Shown: positions 54,611-62,604 of the stretch, in pieces
Numbering within the stretch: position 1 is the stretch's first letter
How the letters are laid out: the number at the start of each line of letters is the position of its first letter
DNA from: Gemmatimonadales bacterium
GTDB lineage: Bacteria > Gemmatimonadota > Gemmatimonadetes > Gemmatimonadales > GWC2-71-9
DNA length: 64,000 nt
Assembly (NCBI GenBank): GCA_036522815.1
Contig: DATDFC010000118.1
Span: 1,306 to 65,305, forward strand
Direction: 5' to 3'
Notes under the pieces: model-generated
The model's input: the letters and a program-made list of their open reading frames with translations, nothing else
The model's database searches: none
Told to the model about the DNA's origin: nothing
Program-made: the position numbers and the translations under genes

Positions 54611-54645
54611 GCGCCTTTCGTTCGGCGGCAGGGCACCAGAAGCTG

Positions 54646-54690
54646 CTTGCGCGCGCCACCGCATCGCCCGCAGCTTAAGCGCGATCCTAT
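54646..54690 (+). repeat. attC right-arm relic
   Basis: cttgcgcgcgccaccgcatcgcccgcagcttaagcgcgatcctat; R' box replaced, next ORF starts at 54691. Confidence 0.5.
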
Positions 54691-54951
54691 ATGCCCGCTT
54701 TCGCGTTCATCGGCGCGTTCATCCCATTCCTCGCGATGCTTCCACCGTCCATCGCCGCCGTGTGGATTGCCCATCGCTGGCTCAAGACCCGAGGGGCTGG
54801 TTCGGAGCTGCACGCCGAGGTCGCTGCGCTCAAAGACGAGGTGGCCGCGCTGCGCCAAACCCAGGCCGAGTTGCAAGAGCGAGTCGATTTCGCGGAGCGC
54901 ATGCTGGCCCAGGTCCGCGAAGGGCCTCGTTTGCCGAACGCCTCGTCCTAG
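54691..54951 (+). CDS. small TM + coiled-coil protein, ERLDF-motif family, paralog 1 (86 aa)
   Basis: TM FAFIGAFIPFLAMLPPSIAAVWIA; C-terminus LRQTQAELQERVDFAERMLAQ. Confidence 0.55.
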   Translation: MPAFAFIGAFIPFLAMLPPSIAAVWIAHRWLKTRGAGSELHAEVAALKDEVAALRQTQAELQERVDFAERMLAQVREGPRLPNASS

Positions 54952-54970
54952 GCCGCAGGGGAGCCCTGGT

Positions 54971-55486
54971 TTGCCTCCGTCGCCCGATCTCCGAAGCACG
55001 CTCCTCGCCGCCTGGAGAACGAGCAATCGCGTCACCGTTTCTCTCGTCGCGCAGCTGCCCGCCGCGCTCTGGGACGTCGTCGTTCCCGGATCACCTCGAC
55101 GCACGATCCGAGCGGTTGCGGCGCACCTTCACAACGCGAGATGCATGTGGGTCAAGACACTCGGCCGGGAGCACGGCATCGCCACTCCGCTGCGCGTCGA
55201 TTATCGACGCGTCGCGCGGCGCGAACTGGTCGCGGCCCTGAAACGCAGTAGCGACGGGATCGAGGCTTTGCTCACGCTGGGCCTCGAGTCCCAGGGCCAG
55301 GTGCCGCCGTCCAAGGGGTACGTATGGCGCAACTTGGCCCTCGACGTGAACCATGTGCTCACCTACTTCGTGGCGCATGAGGCTCATCACCGCGGGCAGA
55401 TCGTCATGGTCGCTCGCCAGACGGGCCACCGGTTGCCGCGCGCGGTTATTGACGGGCTCTGGCAATGGAAAGGGCGTCCTTCATGA
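54971..55486 (+). CDS. DinB family protein
   Basis: TTG 54971 (start uncertain); AAHLHNARCMWV ... YFVAHEAHHRGQIVMVARQTG. Confidence 0.7.
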   Translation: MPPSPDLRSTLLAAWRTSNRVTVSLVAQLPAALWDVVVPGSPRRTIRAVAAHLHNARCMWVKTLGREHGIATPLRVDYRRVARRELVAALKRSSDGIEALLTLGLESQGQVPPSKGYVWRNLALDVNHVLTYFVAHEAHHRGQIVMVARQTGHRLPRAVIDGLWQWKGRPS

Positions 55487-55893
55487 CGCGATACAAGACC
55501 GCACAAATCCTCGCGGGAGTGTCCGCCGTTGGCTTCTTGCTCGCGGCCGGACTGCACACGACCGATTATCGGCGGGTGGTGCTGCGGGCGCAGCAGGGGT
55601 TTTCCGGGCTGGCTCCCCTGGTGGCCACGCTGTGGCTGACGTTCGCCGCCGCCCTGGTGATTCTCGGGTTGATCGTGACGCTGGTCGCGTTCGGCCACGT
55701 GACCCCCGGGCGCTCGATTCTGGCGCTGGCGGGCTGTTTCCCGGCAATAACCGTGGTCCTGCAACTGCGGTTTCTCGGGTTCACGCCGCCGGTCGCGGTC
55801 TTCTCGGCCATCGCGGCGCTGAATTTCGCCGCGGCGCTGACCTTCCCGACCGCCCGGCGGCTTGCGCCCCCACAGACGTCGCCCGCACCTTAA
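55483..55893 (+). CDS. hypothetical membrane protein (136 aa)
   Basis: ATG 55483 overlaps DinB stop (ATGA); four TM-like segments; 3' end runs into an attC relic. Confidence 0.55.
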   Translation: MTRYKTAQILAGVSAVGFLLAAGLHTTDYRRVVLRAQQGFSGLAPLVATLWLTFAAALVILGLIVTLVAFGHVTPGRSILALAGCFPAITVVLQLRFLGFTPPVAVFSAIAALNFAAALTFPTARRLAPPQTSPAP

Positions 55894-55905
55894 GCACGAT
55901 CTCGC
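55861..55905 (+). repeat. attC right-arm relic
   Basis: cttgcgcccccacagacgtcgcccgcaccttaagcacgatctcgc vs consensus ccttgcgcc...gtcgcccgcagcttaagcgcgatcc. Confidence 0.45.
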
Positions 55906-55918
55906 CCCGGAAGGCCAC

Positions 55919-56155
55919 GTGGACCCTGTCGTGTTTCTCCTCGCCCTCCTGATATTCGTGGGGATTCCGGCCCTCACGGTGATCAAGGTCGCGCGGCTAC
56001 GTGCCGGGCGTCCCCAGTCGCTCTCGGCCGACGCCATAGCGCGCCTCGAGGCACTGGAACGTGGCGTCCAGGATCTCCAGAAGGAACTGGCGGAAACACA
56101 CGAGCGGCTGGATTTCACCGAGCGCTTGCTCACCAAGGCCCGGGAAGAGCGATGA
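55919..56155 (+). CDS. small TM + coiled-coil protein, ERLDF-motif family, paralog 2 (78 aa)
   Basis: GTG 55919; TM VVFLLALLIFVGIPALTVI; LQKELAETHERLDFTERLLTKA. Confidence 0.5.
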   Translation: MDPVVFLLALLIFVGIPALTVIKVARLRAGRPQSLSADAIARLEALERGVQDLQKELAETHERLDFTERLLTKAREER

Positions 56156-56853
56156 CCGATCGACGATACAACGACAAAGAGATTGCGGCGATCTTTCGCG
56201 CCGCGTCGGAAGGGCCGCTCAGTCCCCAGCGGGAAGTGCCGCCGGAGGAGGGCTTGACGCTCGCCGATCTACAGGCCATCGGCCGTGAAGTCGGCATCTC
56301 GCCCGTCGCCGTTGCGCAAGCGGCGCAAGCCCTCGATATCCGACGAGAGGCCGCAGCGCGGACGTTTTTCGGACTTCCGATCGGCGTGGCACGCACGGTG
56401 AACCTCAACCGTCGGCTCAGCGATCCCGAGTGGGAGCGGCTGGTCGTGCAGTTTCGCGAAGTGTTCAACGCACGGGGCACCACGCGCTCGGACGGCTCAT
56501 TGCGGCAGTGGACGAACGGGAACTTGCAGGTGCTCCTCGAACCGACCGAAACGGGTCACCGGCTGCGTTTCAGAACCCTGCACGGCGCGGCGCGCGCGTC
56601 CATTGGAGCGGGGTTGGCGGCCCTCGGTGTGACGGCGACGGTCGCCGTCGCGACCGCAATCAGCGGCCACCTTTACGACGCCATTCCGGGAATCGTGTTC
56701 CTGCTGGCCACGGGCCTGGCAATGATTGTGAACGGCGCGCTTCGCTTACCGCGGTGGGCGCGTCTGCGCGGGCGCCAGATGGAGGCCCTTGCGGCGCAGC
56801 TGGCAAGCGCTCCGACTGAGCGTTCTCAACACGCGCGCAGCGGTGAACCGTAG
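56152..56853 (+). CDS. hypothetical protein with C-terminal double TM (233 aa)
   Basis: ATG overlaps previous stop (ATGA); soluble N-domain, TMs GAGLAALGVTATVAVATAI and IVFLLATGLAMIVNGAL. Confidence 0.55.
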   Translation: MTDRRYNDKEIAAIFRAASEGPLSPQREVPPEEGLTLADLQAIGREVGISPVAVAQAAQALDIRREAAARTFFGLPIGVARTVNLNRRLSDPEWERLVVQFREVFNARGTTRSDGSLRQWTNGNLQVLLEPTETGHRLRFRTLHGAARASIGAGLAALGVTATVAVATAISGHLYDAIPGIVFLLATGLAMIVNGALRLPRWARLRGRQMEALAAQLASAPTERSQHARSGEP

Positions 56854-56858
56854 ACGAT

Positions 56859-57323
56859 ATGAACGTGTTCCCGATCGCGCCGGCGGAGAGCCGTTACCTG
56901 TGGCTCCTCATTCCCGTGACCGTACTGCTCCTGGCCGTTCTCATTGGAGGCGTGGGGCTGCTCGCGACCTCTGTGCGCGGCGCGCATGCGTCGCGTTTCG
57001 AAATCGCGGGCGACGGCCTCCGCCTGGTGGGCGATCTGTACGGCCGTGTCGTTCCCAAGCGGGATATCCGTGTGGATGGGGCCCGCCGGGTCGATCTCGC
57101 TCGCGAAGCAGGGCTGCAGCCGAAATGGCGTCGCATCGGAACCGCGCTCCCTGGCTACCAAGCCGGGTGGTTCCGGTTGCGAAACGGAGAGAAGGCGTTG
57201 CTGTACCTCACCGACCGCACGCGGGCGGTCTACATTCCGACCACCGCCGGATACAGCTTGCTGCTGAGTCCGGCGGACCCCGACGCGTTCCTGTCGCGCT
57301 TACGTGCCGTGTTGGGCTCCTGA
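56859..57323 (+). CDS. membrane-anchored bacterial PH-domain-like protein (154 aa)
   Basis: TM YLWLLIPVTVLLLAVLIGGVGLLA; then FEIAGDGLRLVGDLYG...GWFRLRNGEKALLYLTDRTRAVYIPT. Confidence 0.5.
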   Translation: MNVFPIAPAESRYLWLLIPVTVLLLAVLIGGVGLLATSVRGAHASRFEIAGDGLRLVGDLYGRVVPKRDIRVDGARRVDLAREAGLQPKWRRIGTALPGYQAGWFRLRNGEKALLYLTDRTRAVYIPTTAGYSLLLSPADPDAFLSRLRAVLGS

Positions 57324-57328
57324 GCGTC

Positions 57329-57841
57329 GTGCGCCGCAAGCGTCTGCTGCTCGTCCTCGTGCTCGGCGTCGCGGCCGGGCTCGTCGTCGTGCTGGGACGG
57401 CGTGCGCCCACCACCAGCAATCCCGCAGCCCGTCCGGTCGCACCTGCCGTGGAGACGCGTAAGCCGGCCCTGCAGGCCGACGCCGAGGGCTACTATGTCC
57501 CGGGCTATGAATTCACGGTGAACCGGTTCCGGTTCACCGGATTCAGCCTCCGCCCCGACGCCCTCGTCACCTTCGCCCAGACCGGCACTGGTACCGAGCA
57601 GGCCATGGCCTGTCTGGACGTCCTCGTTAGAGCGGATACCGTCCACCTGCGCTGCGACGACCCGCAGGTGGGCACCGTGACGGTCGACGGCAAGTTCCGC
57701 ACGCGCGTGGCGACCAATCAACTGGATACGGCGGTGTTGGTCGCGGTCGTAACGGTTCGCAGCGGGAGCGGCGAGATCCTGTACCGGGCGCGAGACTCGT
57801 TCAAGTGGCACCCGCGTGATTCCGGCGAGCCCGGGACCTGA
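57329..57841 (+). CDS. hypothetical membrane-anchored protein (170 aa)
   Basis: GTG 57329, 6 nt after the previous stop; VRRKRLLLVLVLGVAAGLVVVLG anchor. Confidence 0.5.
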   Translation: MRRKRLLLVLVLGVAAGLVVVLGRRAPTTSNPAARPVAPAVETRKPALQADAEGYYVPGYEFTVNRFRFTGFSLRPDALVTFAQTGTGTEQAMACLDVLVRADTVHLRCDDPQVGTVTVDGKFRTRVATNQLDTAVLVAVVTVRSGSGEILYRARDSFKWHPRDSGEPGT

Positions 57842-57868
57842 ACCGCACGGGAGTCGCGCGTGGATCCA

Positions 57869-58636
57869 TCACAAACCCGGCAACCCGTCGCTGTGAGCAG
57901 CGCGATTCAAGTGAACGAACGCTTCGGCGGCGGGCACACCGACTTCCCGTCCGCGCCATTGCGCCATGATCTCGTGATGCTCCCGCCAGATGCCCCGGCC
58001 ATCCTGGCTCGCGTGCGCGAACAGGGCGGCCTTTTTCTGCTCGACCACCGGCGAGATGTCCACGTAGGTATTGGGCAAAAAGCCTTCCGTTTGACTGCCG
58101 CTGTTGACCTCAAAGAAGTAGAGGCGCGACGTGCGGGGATCGCCCTCCATCCACGCGCGGATCGTGAGCACGCTCGCGACCTGATGATCCATATGCGTGT
58201 CCACCGGCCAATGCGTGAACACCACATCGGGATTGGCCGCGGAGAGGAGGCGCCGCATCGCGTCCACGTGCGCTCGCGTGACCTCGGTCGCACCGTCGAT
58301 CTGGCCGAAGAACACGGGCTTTGCGCCCATGATCTTGCAGGCGGCCGCGCACTCGGCGGAGCGAATGTTGGCCGCCTCGTCCAGCGACTTGCCAGAGATG
58401 CCGCGCTCGCCGCGCGTGAGATAGACGACCGTCACTGCGTGCCCCAATGCGGCATACCGCGCCAGTGTCCCGCCGCACCCCGACTCCGGATCGTCCGGGT
58501 GCCCGCCCACGCACACGACCGTCAAGCGCGCCGCGCCCGAGTCCGCCAGCGGTGGCACCAACGGCAGCGCGCTCGCGGCCGCCACCACCCGTACAAAGCC
58601 GCGACGCGTGACGTCTCGTTCGTTCATGGAACCCAC
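57869..58636 (-). CDS. PIG-L (LmbE-like) family deacetylase with twin-arginine-type signal
   Basis: MNERDVTRRGFVRVVAAASALPLV; VVCVGGHPDDPESGCGGTLA; HMDHQV. Confidence 0.85.
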   Translation of the reverse strand: MGSMNERDVTRRGFVRVVAAASALPLVPPLADSGAARLTVVCVGGHPDDPESGCGGTLARYAALGHAVTVVYLTRGERGISGKSLDEAANIRSAECAAACKIMGAKPVFFGQIDGATEVTRAHVDAMRRLLSAANPDVVFTHWPVDTHMDHQVASVLTIRAWMEGDPRTSRLYFFEVNSGSQTEGFLPNTYVDISPVVEQKKAALFAHASQDGRGIWREHHEIMAQWRGREVGVPAAEAFVHLNRAAHSDGLPGL

Positions 58637-58656
58637 CTGGTAGAGTCTCGATCAAT

Positions 58657-59076
58657 ATGAAGCTCGACATCTATCTCAACTACGGCGGGAATTGCGAGCA
58701 CGCATTCCGCTTCTACGAGCAGGAGCTCGGCGGCAAGATCACGATGATGATGCGGCATGGCGAGCAGCCCAATGCAGTACACGTGCCGGCCAACTGGAAG
58801 AACGCCATCCTGCACGCCCGCATCGAGTTCGGAAAGACGGTGCTCATGGGGGCGGACATTCCGCCGGACCGGTTCCAACCCATGCGCAGTGCCTATCTTA
58901 CGCTCACCGCGGATAGCGCCGAGCAAGCGGAGCGCCTGTACGCCCTGCTCGCCGACGGCGGTCAGATCTTCATGAAGATGGAGGAGACCTTCTTCGCGTC
59001 GCGCTTTGCCATGCTCAGGGACAAGTTCGGCACGTCGTGGATGCTGCTCCACGAGCGTCCGGAGGGCCTGCCATGA
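58657..59076 (+). CDS. VOC superfamily, PhnB/YjdN-like protein (139 aa)
   Basis: MKLDIYLNYGGNCEHAFRFYEQELGG...FFASRFAMLRDKFGTSWML. Confidence 0.8.
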   Translation: MKLDIYLNYGGNCEHAFRFYEQELGGKITMMMRHGEQPNAVHVPANWKNAILHARIEFGKTVLMGADIPPDRFQPMRSAYLTLTADSAEQAERLYALLADGGQIFMKMEETFFASRFAMLRDKFGTSWMLLHERPEGLP

Positions 59077-59627
59077 CCGCCGTTCCCGGTGACCGCATCC
59101 GCGCCCAGCTCGCGACCGTGGAGGAACACGTTGGCCGCGAGAACGCCCACGACCTGCCGGGGATCATGGCCACTTTCGGTGCCGGGGCGTGGTACGACGA
59201 CGAGCCCTGGGGTGAGCACCACGAGGGACGCGATGCGGTGCACCACTATTACGCGGATCTCCTCACCTCGCTTCCGGATCTGCACATCGACGTCACCCAT
59301 TGCCTCGCGGCGGAGGACGGGGTGGCGCTGGAGGTGCGCATCAGCGGTACGCACCTCGGCGCCTGGCGCGGTCTCCCCCCCACGGGCCGGCGAGTGTCGT
59401 TCCCCCTGTGCGGGATCTTTACGTTCGATGCAGGCGGCAAGCTCGCCGGAGAGCGCATCTACTACGACCGCGCAGGCGTGCTGCGACAGGTGGGGCTGTA
59501 CCGCGATCCGCATACGCTGCTCGGTCGCCTCGAGACCCTGCTGGCACATCCGATCACGGTCGCCGGAGCCTATGCCCGCAAGCTCGCCAGGCCCGCCACT
59601 GACACGCATCGGAAGCCGGCGACGTAG
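59073..59627 (+). CDS. SnoaL-like ester cyclase / NTF2-fold protein
   Basis: ATG 59073 overlaps previous stop (ATGA); HVGRENAHDLPGIMATF ... GTHLGAWRGLPPTGRRVSFPLCGIFTF. Confidence 0.7.
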   Translation: MTAVPGDRIRAQLATVEEHVGRENAHDLPGIMATFGAGAWYDDEPWGEHHEGRDAVHHYYADLLTSLPDLHIDVTHCLAAEDGVALEVRISGTHLGAWRGLPPTGRRVSFPLCGIFTFDAGGKLAGERIYYDRAGVLRQVGLYRDPHTLLGRLETLLAHPITVAGAYARKLARPATDTHRKPAT

Positions 59628-59634
59628 GGGAGCC

Positions 59635-59967
59635 ATGACCTTCAAGTCCGCGACCTGGTACCCCATCGCCGTCGTGTTGAGCGGTGTCAACGCGGTCGCG
59701 GCCTGGTTCGCGGCCACGCAAGCGGAACCCACGCATGCCGCGGTGCACGTCGCCCTCGCCATCGGATTCGGGCTCTGGGCCCAGCGCCTGCGGCCGCTTC
59801 GAGCCCGGCCCGAAACGCTGGACGGGGTGCAGGCTCAGTTCGAAGCGCTCGAGCTCGAAGTCAGCAAGCTGCAGCGTGAGCTCACCGAGACGCAGGAGCG
59901 CCTCGACTTCGTAGAGCGGATGCTGGCGCAGGAGCGAGAAAAGCCCCGAGTGGGGCCGCAGCGTTAA
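59635..59967 (+). CDS. small TM + coiled-coil protein, ERLDF-motif family, paralog 3 (110 aa)
   Basis: Two TM-like segments; LQRELTETQERLDFVERMLAQE; 3' end overlaps an attC relic. Confidence 0.55.
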   Translation: MTFKSATWYPIAVVLSGVNAVAAWFAATQAEPTHAAVHVALAIGFGLWAQRLRPLRARPETLDGVQAQFEALELEVSKLQRELTETQERLDFVERMLAQEREKPRVGPQR

Positions 59968-59980
59968 GCCTCCGTACCGC
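59955..59980 (+). repeat. attC right-arm relic
   Basis: gccgcagcgttaagcctccgtaccgc vs cccgcagcttaagcgcgatccgttaggc. Confidence 0.35.
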
Positions 59981-60055
59981 ATGATCGTGCGCGATGTCAC
60001 TCCCAAGGACGCGTCCGCCTGGGTCAACCTGAGGCGCGCGTTGTGGCCCGGTGAG
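59981..60055 (+). pseudogene. 5' remnant of a GNAT (AAC(6')-like) acetyltransferase gene
   Basis: MIVRDVTPKDASAWVNLRRALWPGE matches the typical N-terminus of that family; the rest of ORF 59981..60754 is Arg/Gly-rich noise. Confidence 0.35.
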
Positions 60056-60302
60056 CGCCTCTCGTGCCGTGACGCTGTTGGTTCTCTTCGCCATCACGGC
60101 CGCGGTGGCCGTGACGCACATGGACAATACCCTTGCCTTCATCGTGATCGCCCCCGGCTACCTGGTCCAAGCGTGGCTGTTCGAGACCCACCGAGCGCTC
60201 GGCGGGCTGGGCTATCAAGTGACGATGGTCGGGGTGTCTGCTCTCGTGTGGACGCTGATCAGCCTCGGCCTGGGCGCGACATATCGGCTGCTGCGACCTT
60301 GA
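60051..60302 (+). CDS. hypothetical membrane protein (83 aa)
   Basis: GTG start; three TM-like segments; stop lies in an attC left-arm relic. Confidence 0.45.
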   Translation: MSASRAVTLLVLFAITAAVAVTHMDNTLAFIVIAPGYLVQAWLFETHRALGGLGYQVTMVGVSALVWTLISLGLGATYRLLRP

Positions 60303-60344
60303 AGCCGGCGGGGAGTGGTCGTAGTATCGTTCCCGCACCCGGCC
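60298..60344 (+). repeat. attC left-arm relic (class C-like)
   Basis: cttgaagccggcggggagtggtcgtagtatcgttcccgcacccggcc vs cttgaagctggcgggcgctcttgtgggaagaattgcgttccctcgctggcc. Confidence 0.4.
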
Positions 60345-60365
60345 ATGTGAGAGGCCCAAACGTTC

Positions 60366-60836
60366 GTGCTTGCGCGTGCAGCGACGTACGGCACCCTGTT
60401 CGTCGGGTTGCTGCTCGTCTTCCTCCCGAGACGCATCCTCCAATCGTCGGGCATCGTTGCGCCCGCGACACTCGGGCTCGCGCAGGTCGCGGGATTGCTC
60501 GTCGGCGTGGCGGGTGGCGCCCTCGCGCTCTGGTGTGTCCTGACGTTCGCCCTGGTCGGGAAGGGCACACCCGCCCCGTTCGATCCGCCGCGGCAGCTCG
60601 TGGTCGGCGGACCGTATCGGTACGTGCGCAATCCCATGTACTACGGCGCGGCGCTCGCCCTGGCCGGCGCCGCCATGTTCTACGGATCGCTGCGCCTGCT
60701 CGGCTACGTGGGTGTGTTCCTGCTCGCCGCCCACACGTTCGTCGTGCTGTATGAGGAGCCGACGCTGCTGCGGCTGTTCGGGGAGCCGTACCGGGCCTAC
60801 CAGACACGCGTGCGGCGATGGCTACCGAGGATGTGA
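60366..60836 (+). CDS. membrane methyltransferase (ICMT/PEMT-like family)
   Basis: GTG start; multi-TM; GGPYRYVRNPMYYGAALALAG ... EEPTLLRLFGEPYRAYQTRVRRW. Confidence 0.75.
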   Translation: MLARAATYGTLFVGLLLVFLPRRILQSSGIVAPATLGLAQVAGLLVGVAGGALALWCVLTFALVGKGTPAPFDPPRQLVVGGPYRYVRNPMYYGAALALAGAAMFYGSLRLLGYVGVFLLAAHTFVVLYEEPTLLRLFGEPYRAYQTRVRRWLPRM

Positions 60837-61366
60837 TGGAGATGCTCGACACCGCGCGCCTGACCCTGCTGCCGTGCACGCCGGCGCACCTGCTCGCATT
60901 GATCGAGCGACCCGAGGATTTTGAGCGGCTCGTGGGCCTGCCCGTGGCCGATGGCCTCCACGGATTCTACGCGTCGTCTGACGTATCGCAGGACTGGCTC
61001 GACATGCTGCGCAGCTCTTCCCAGCCGGATCCGTGGCGCCACGGCTTTTTCGTGGTGCACCGCGACGCCCGATGCGTGATCGGCAGCGCCGGGTTCAAGG
61101 GTCCGCCGGACTCGGCCGGGATGGTCGAGATCGCCTACGGCATCGTGCCGAGCTTCGAGGGCCAGGGCTACGCCACCGAAGCCGCCGCCGAGCTCGTCCG
61201 CTTTGCGCTCGCGAGCGGGGGAATCCGGCTGCTGCGGGCGCATACCCTGCCGGTCGCGAACGCCTCCACCCGGGTGCTGGCGAAGTGCGGGTTTCATCAT
61301 ACCGGCACCGTGGTCGACCCGGACGATGGACCGGTGTGGCGTTGGGAGCGGGCCCCCTCGCCATGA
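60818..61366 (+). CDS. GNAT family N-acetyltransferase (RimJ/RimL-like)
   Basis: RLTLLPCTPAHL...; MVEIAYGIVPSFEGQGYATEAAAELVRFAL...VANASTRVLAKCGF. Confidence 0.8.
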   Translation: MATEDVMEMLDTARLTLLPCTPAHLLALIERPEDFERLVGLPVADGLHGFYASSDVSQDWLDMLRSSSQPDPWRHGFFVVHRDARCVIGSAGFKGPPDSAGMVEIAYGIVPSFEGQGYATEAAAELVRFALASGGIRLLRAHTLPVANASTRVLAKCGFHHTGTVVDPDDGPVWRWERAPSP

Positions 61367-61788
61367 CCTTCGTCCTCGCCGCCTTGCTGCTCGCCACCTC
61401 GGCGCCGCAAGACACCGAGCCGCGCGTGCTGCTGCGCCTGGAGGACGAGTGGGCGCTCGCCTTGATCCAGCGTGACGGCGCGGTGTTTCGCCGCCTCCTG
61501 GCCGATCGCTTCATTTACACCGAAGACGACCGCACCATGAGTCGGGACGATGTCCTGCACGAGGTCGTGGCCGGCGCCGATACGGTCAAGGCGGCGCACA
61601 ACGAGGACATGCGCGTCCACCGCTTCGGAGAGACCGCGGTCGTGACGGGCTGGCTGGTGGTCGCGGGCCAGGGGCCGAGTGGACCCTTCGATCGCCGGTA
61701 CCGATTTACCGACACGTGGGTGAGGCGCGGCGGGCGGTGGCAGATCGTCGCGGCGCACGATTACCTTGTCCCGGCACCACACCGGTAG
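61363..61788 (+). CDS. DUF4440 / NTF2-fold protein with signal peptide
   Basis: ATG overlaps previous stop (ATGA); LEDEWALALIQRDGAVFRRLLADRFIYT ... RFTDTWVRRGGRWQIVAAH. Confidence 0.7.
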   Translation: MTFVLAALLLATSAPQDTEPRVLLRLEDEWALALIQRDGAVFRRLLADRFIYTEDDRTMSRDDVLHEVVAGADTVKAAHNEDMRVHRFGETAVVTGWLVVAGQGPSGPFDRRYRFTDTWVRRGGRWQIVAAHDYLVPAPHR

Positions 61789-61800
61789 GGGAGGATTCGG

Positions 61801-62250
61801 ATGACCGTACTATCGCGCATCGTATTCTTGGCCTCGTTTCCCGCGGCCCTCGTCGCAGCGTCGCTCGCCGGTCAAACACCCGTCGACACGGCGGCGACGC
61901 TCCGCACCGCCGACACGGCCGCGCATACGTGGCTGGCCCTGGTGGACAAGGGCGAGATCGCGAGGGGCTGGGATGAGGGTGCGCTCGTCTTGCAGCTCGG
62001 CGTCACGAAGACCAAGTGGGAGCAGCTCGTGCGCAGCGCGCGCGCGCCGTTCGAGCCATTCGGGGCACGGCATCAGATCATGGCGCGCTACACCACGGAT
62101 CCTCCCAACGCGCCACCCGGACAGTATGTGCTGCTGCAATACGAGACCGACGTCTCCGGTGGTCGGCATGTGGTGGAGACGGTGGTGCCGACCCTCGACG
62201 GCAAGCGGGGGTGGCGCGTGTCCGGGTACTTCGTGCGGCTGGAGCAATGA
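61801..62250 (+). CDS. DUF4019-like secreted protein (149 aa)
   Basis: Signal peptide; AHTWLALVDKGEIARGWDEGALVLQ ... GQYVLLQYETD ... GWRVSGYFV. Confidence 0.65.
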   Translation: MTVLSRIVFLASFPAALVAASLAGQTPVDTAATLRTADTAAHTWLALVDKGEIARGWDEGALVLQLGVTKTKWEQLVRSARAPFEPFGARHQIMARYTTDPPNAPPGQYVLLQYETDVSGGRHVVETVVPTLDGKRGWRVSGYFVRLEQ

Positions 62251-62603
62251 GCAGCGCCGTCGAGGTGGTGCAGCGATTCAACGAGGCCTTCAATCGTCAT
62301 GACGTCGACGTCGTTATGGCGCTCATGAGCGATGACTGCGTCTTCGAGAATACGCGCCCAGTGCCGGACGGTGAGCGCGTCGAGGGACAGCAGCGCGTCA
62401 GGGCCGCGTGGGAGCAGCTCTTCGCCCGCTCGCCGCACGCTCATTTCCACACCGAGGAGATATTCGCCGCCGGCGATCGCTGCGTCGTCCGCTGGGTGTA
62501 CTCCTGGGTCAAGGACGGGAAGCGCGGCCATGTGCGGGGCGTCGACGTGTTGCGCGTGCGGGACGGGCGGGTCGCCGAAAAGCTGTCCTACGTCAAAGGG
62601 TGA
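62247..62603 (+). CDS. SnoaL-like / NTF2-fold protein (118 aa)
   Basis: ATG overlaps previous stop (ATGA); VVQRFNEAFNRHDVDVVMALMSDDCVFENT ... GVDVLRVRDGRVAEKLSYVKG. Confidence 0.7.
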   Translation: MSSAVEVVQRFNEAFNRHDVDVVMALMSDDCVFENTRPVPDGERVEGQQRVRAAWEQLFARSPHAHFHTEEIFAAGDRCVVRWVYSWVKDGKRGHVRGVDVLRVRDGRVAEKLSYVKG

Positions 62604-62604
62604 C

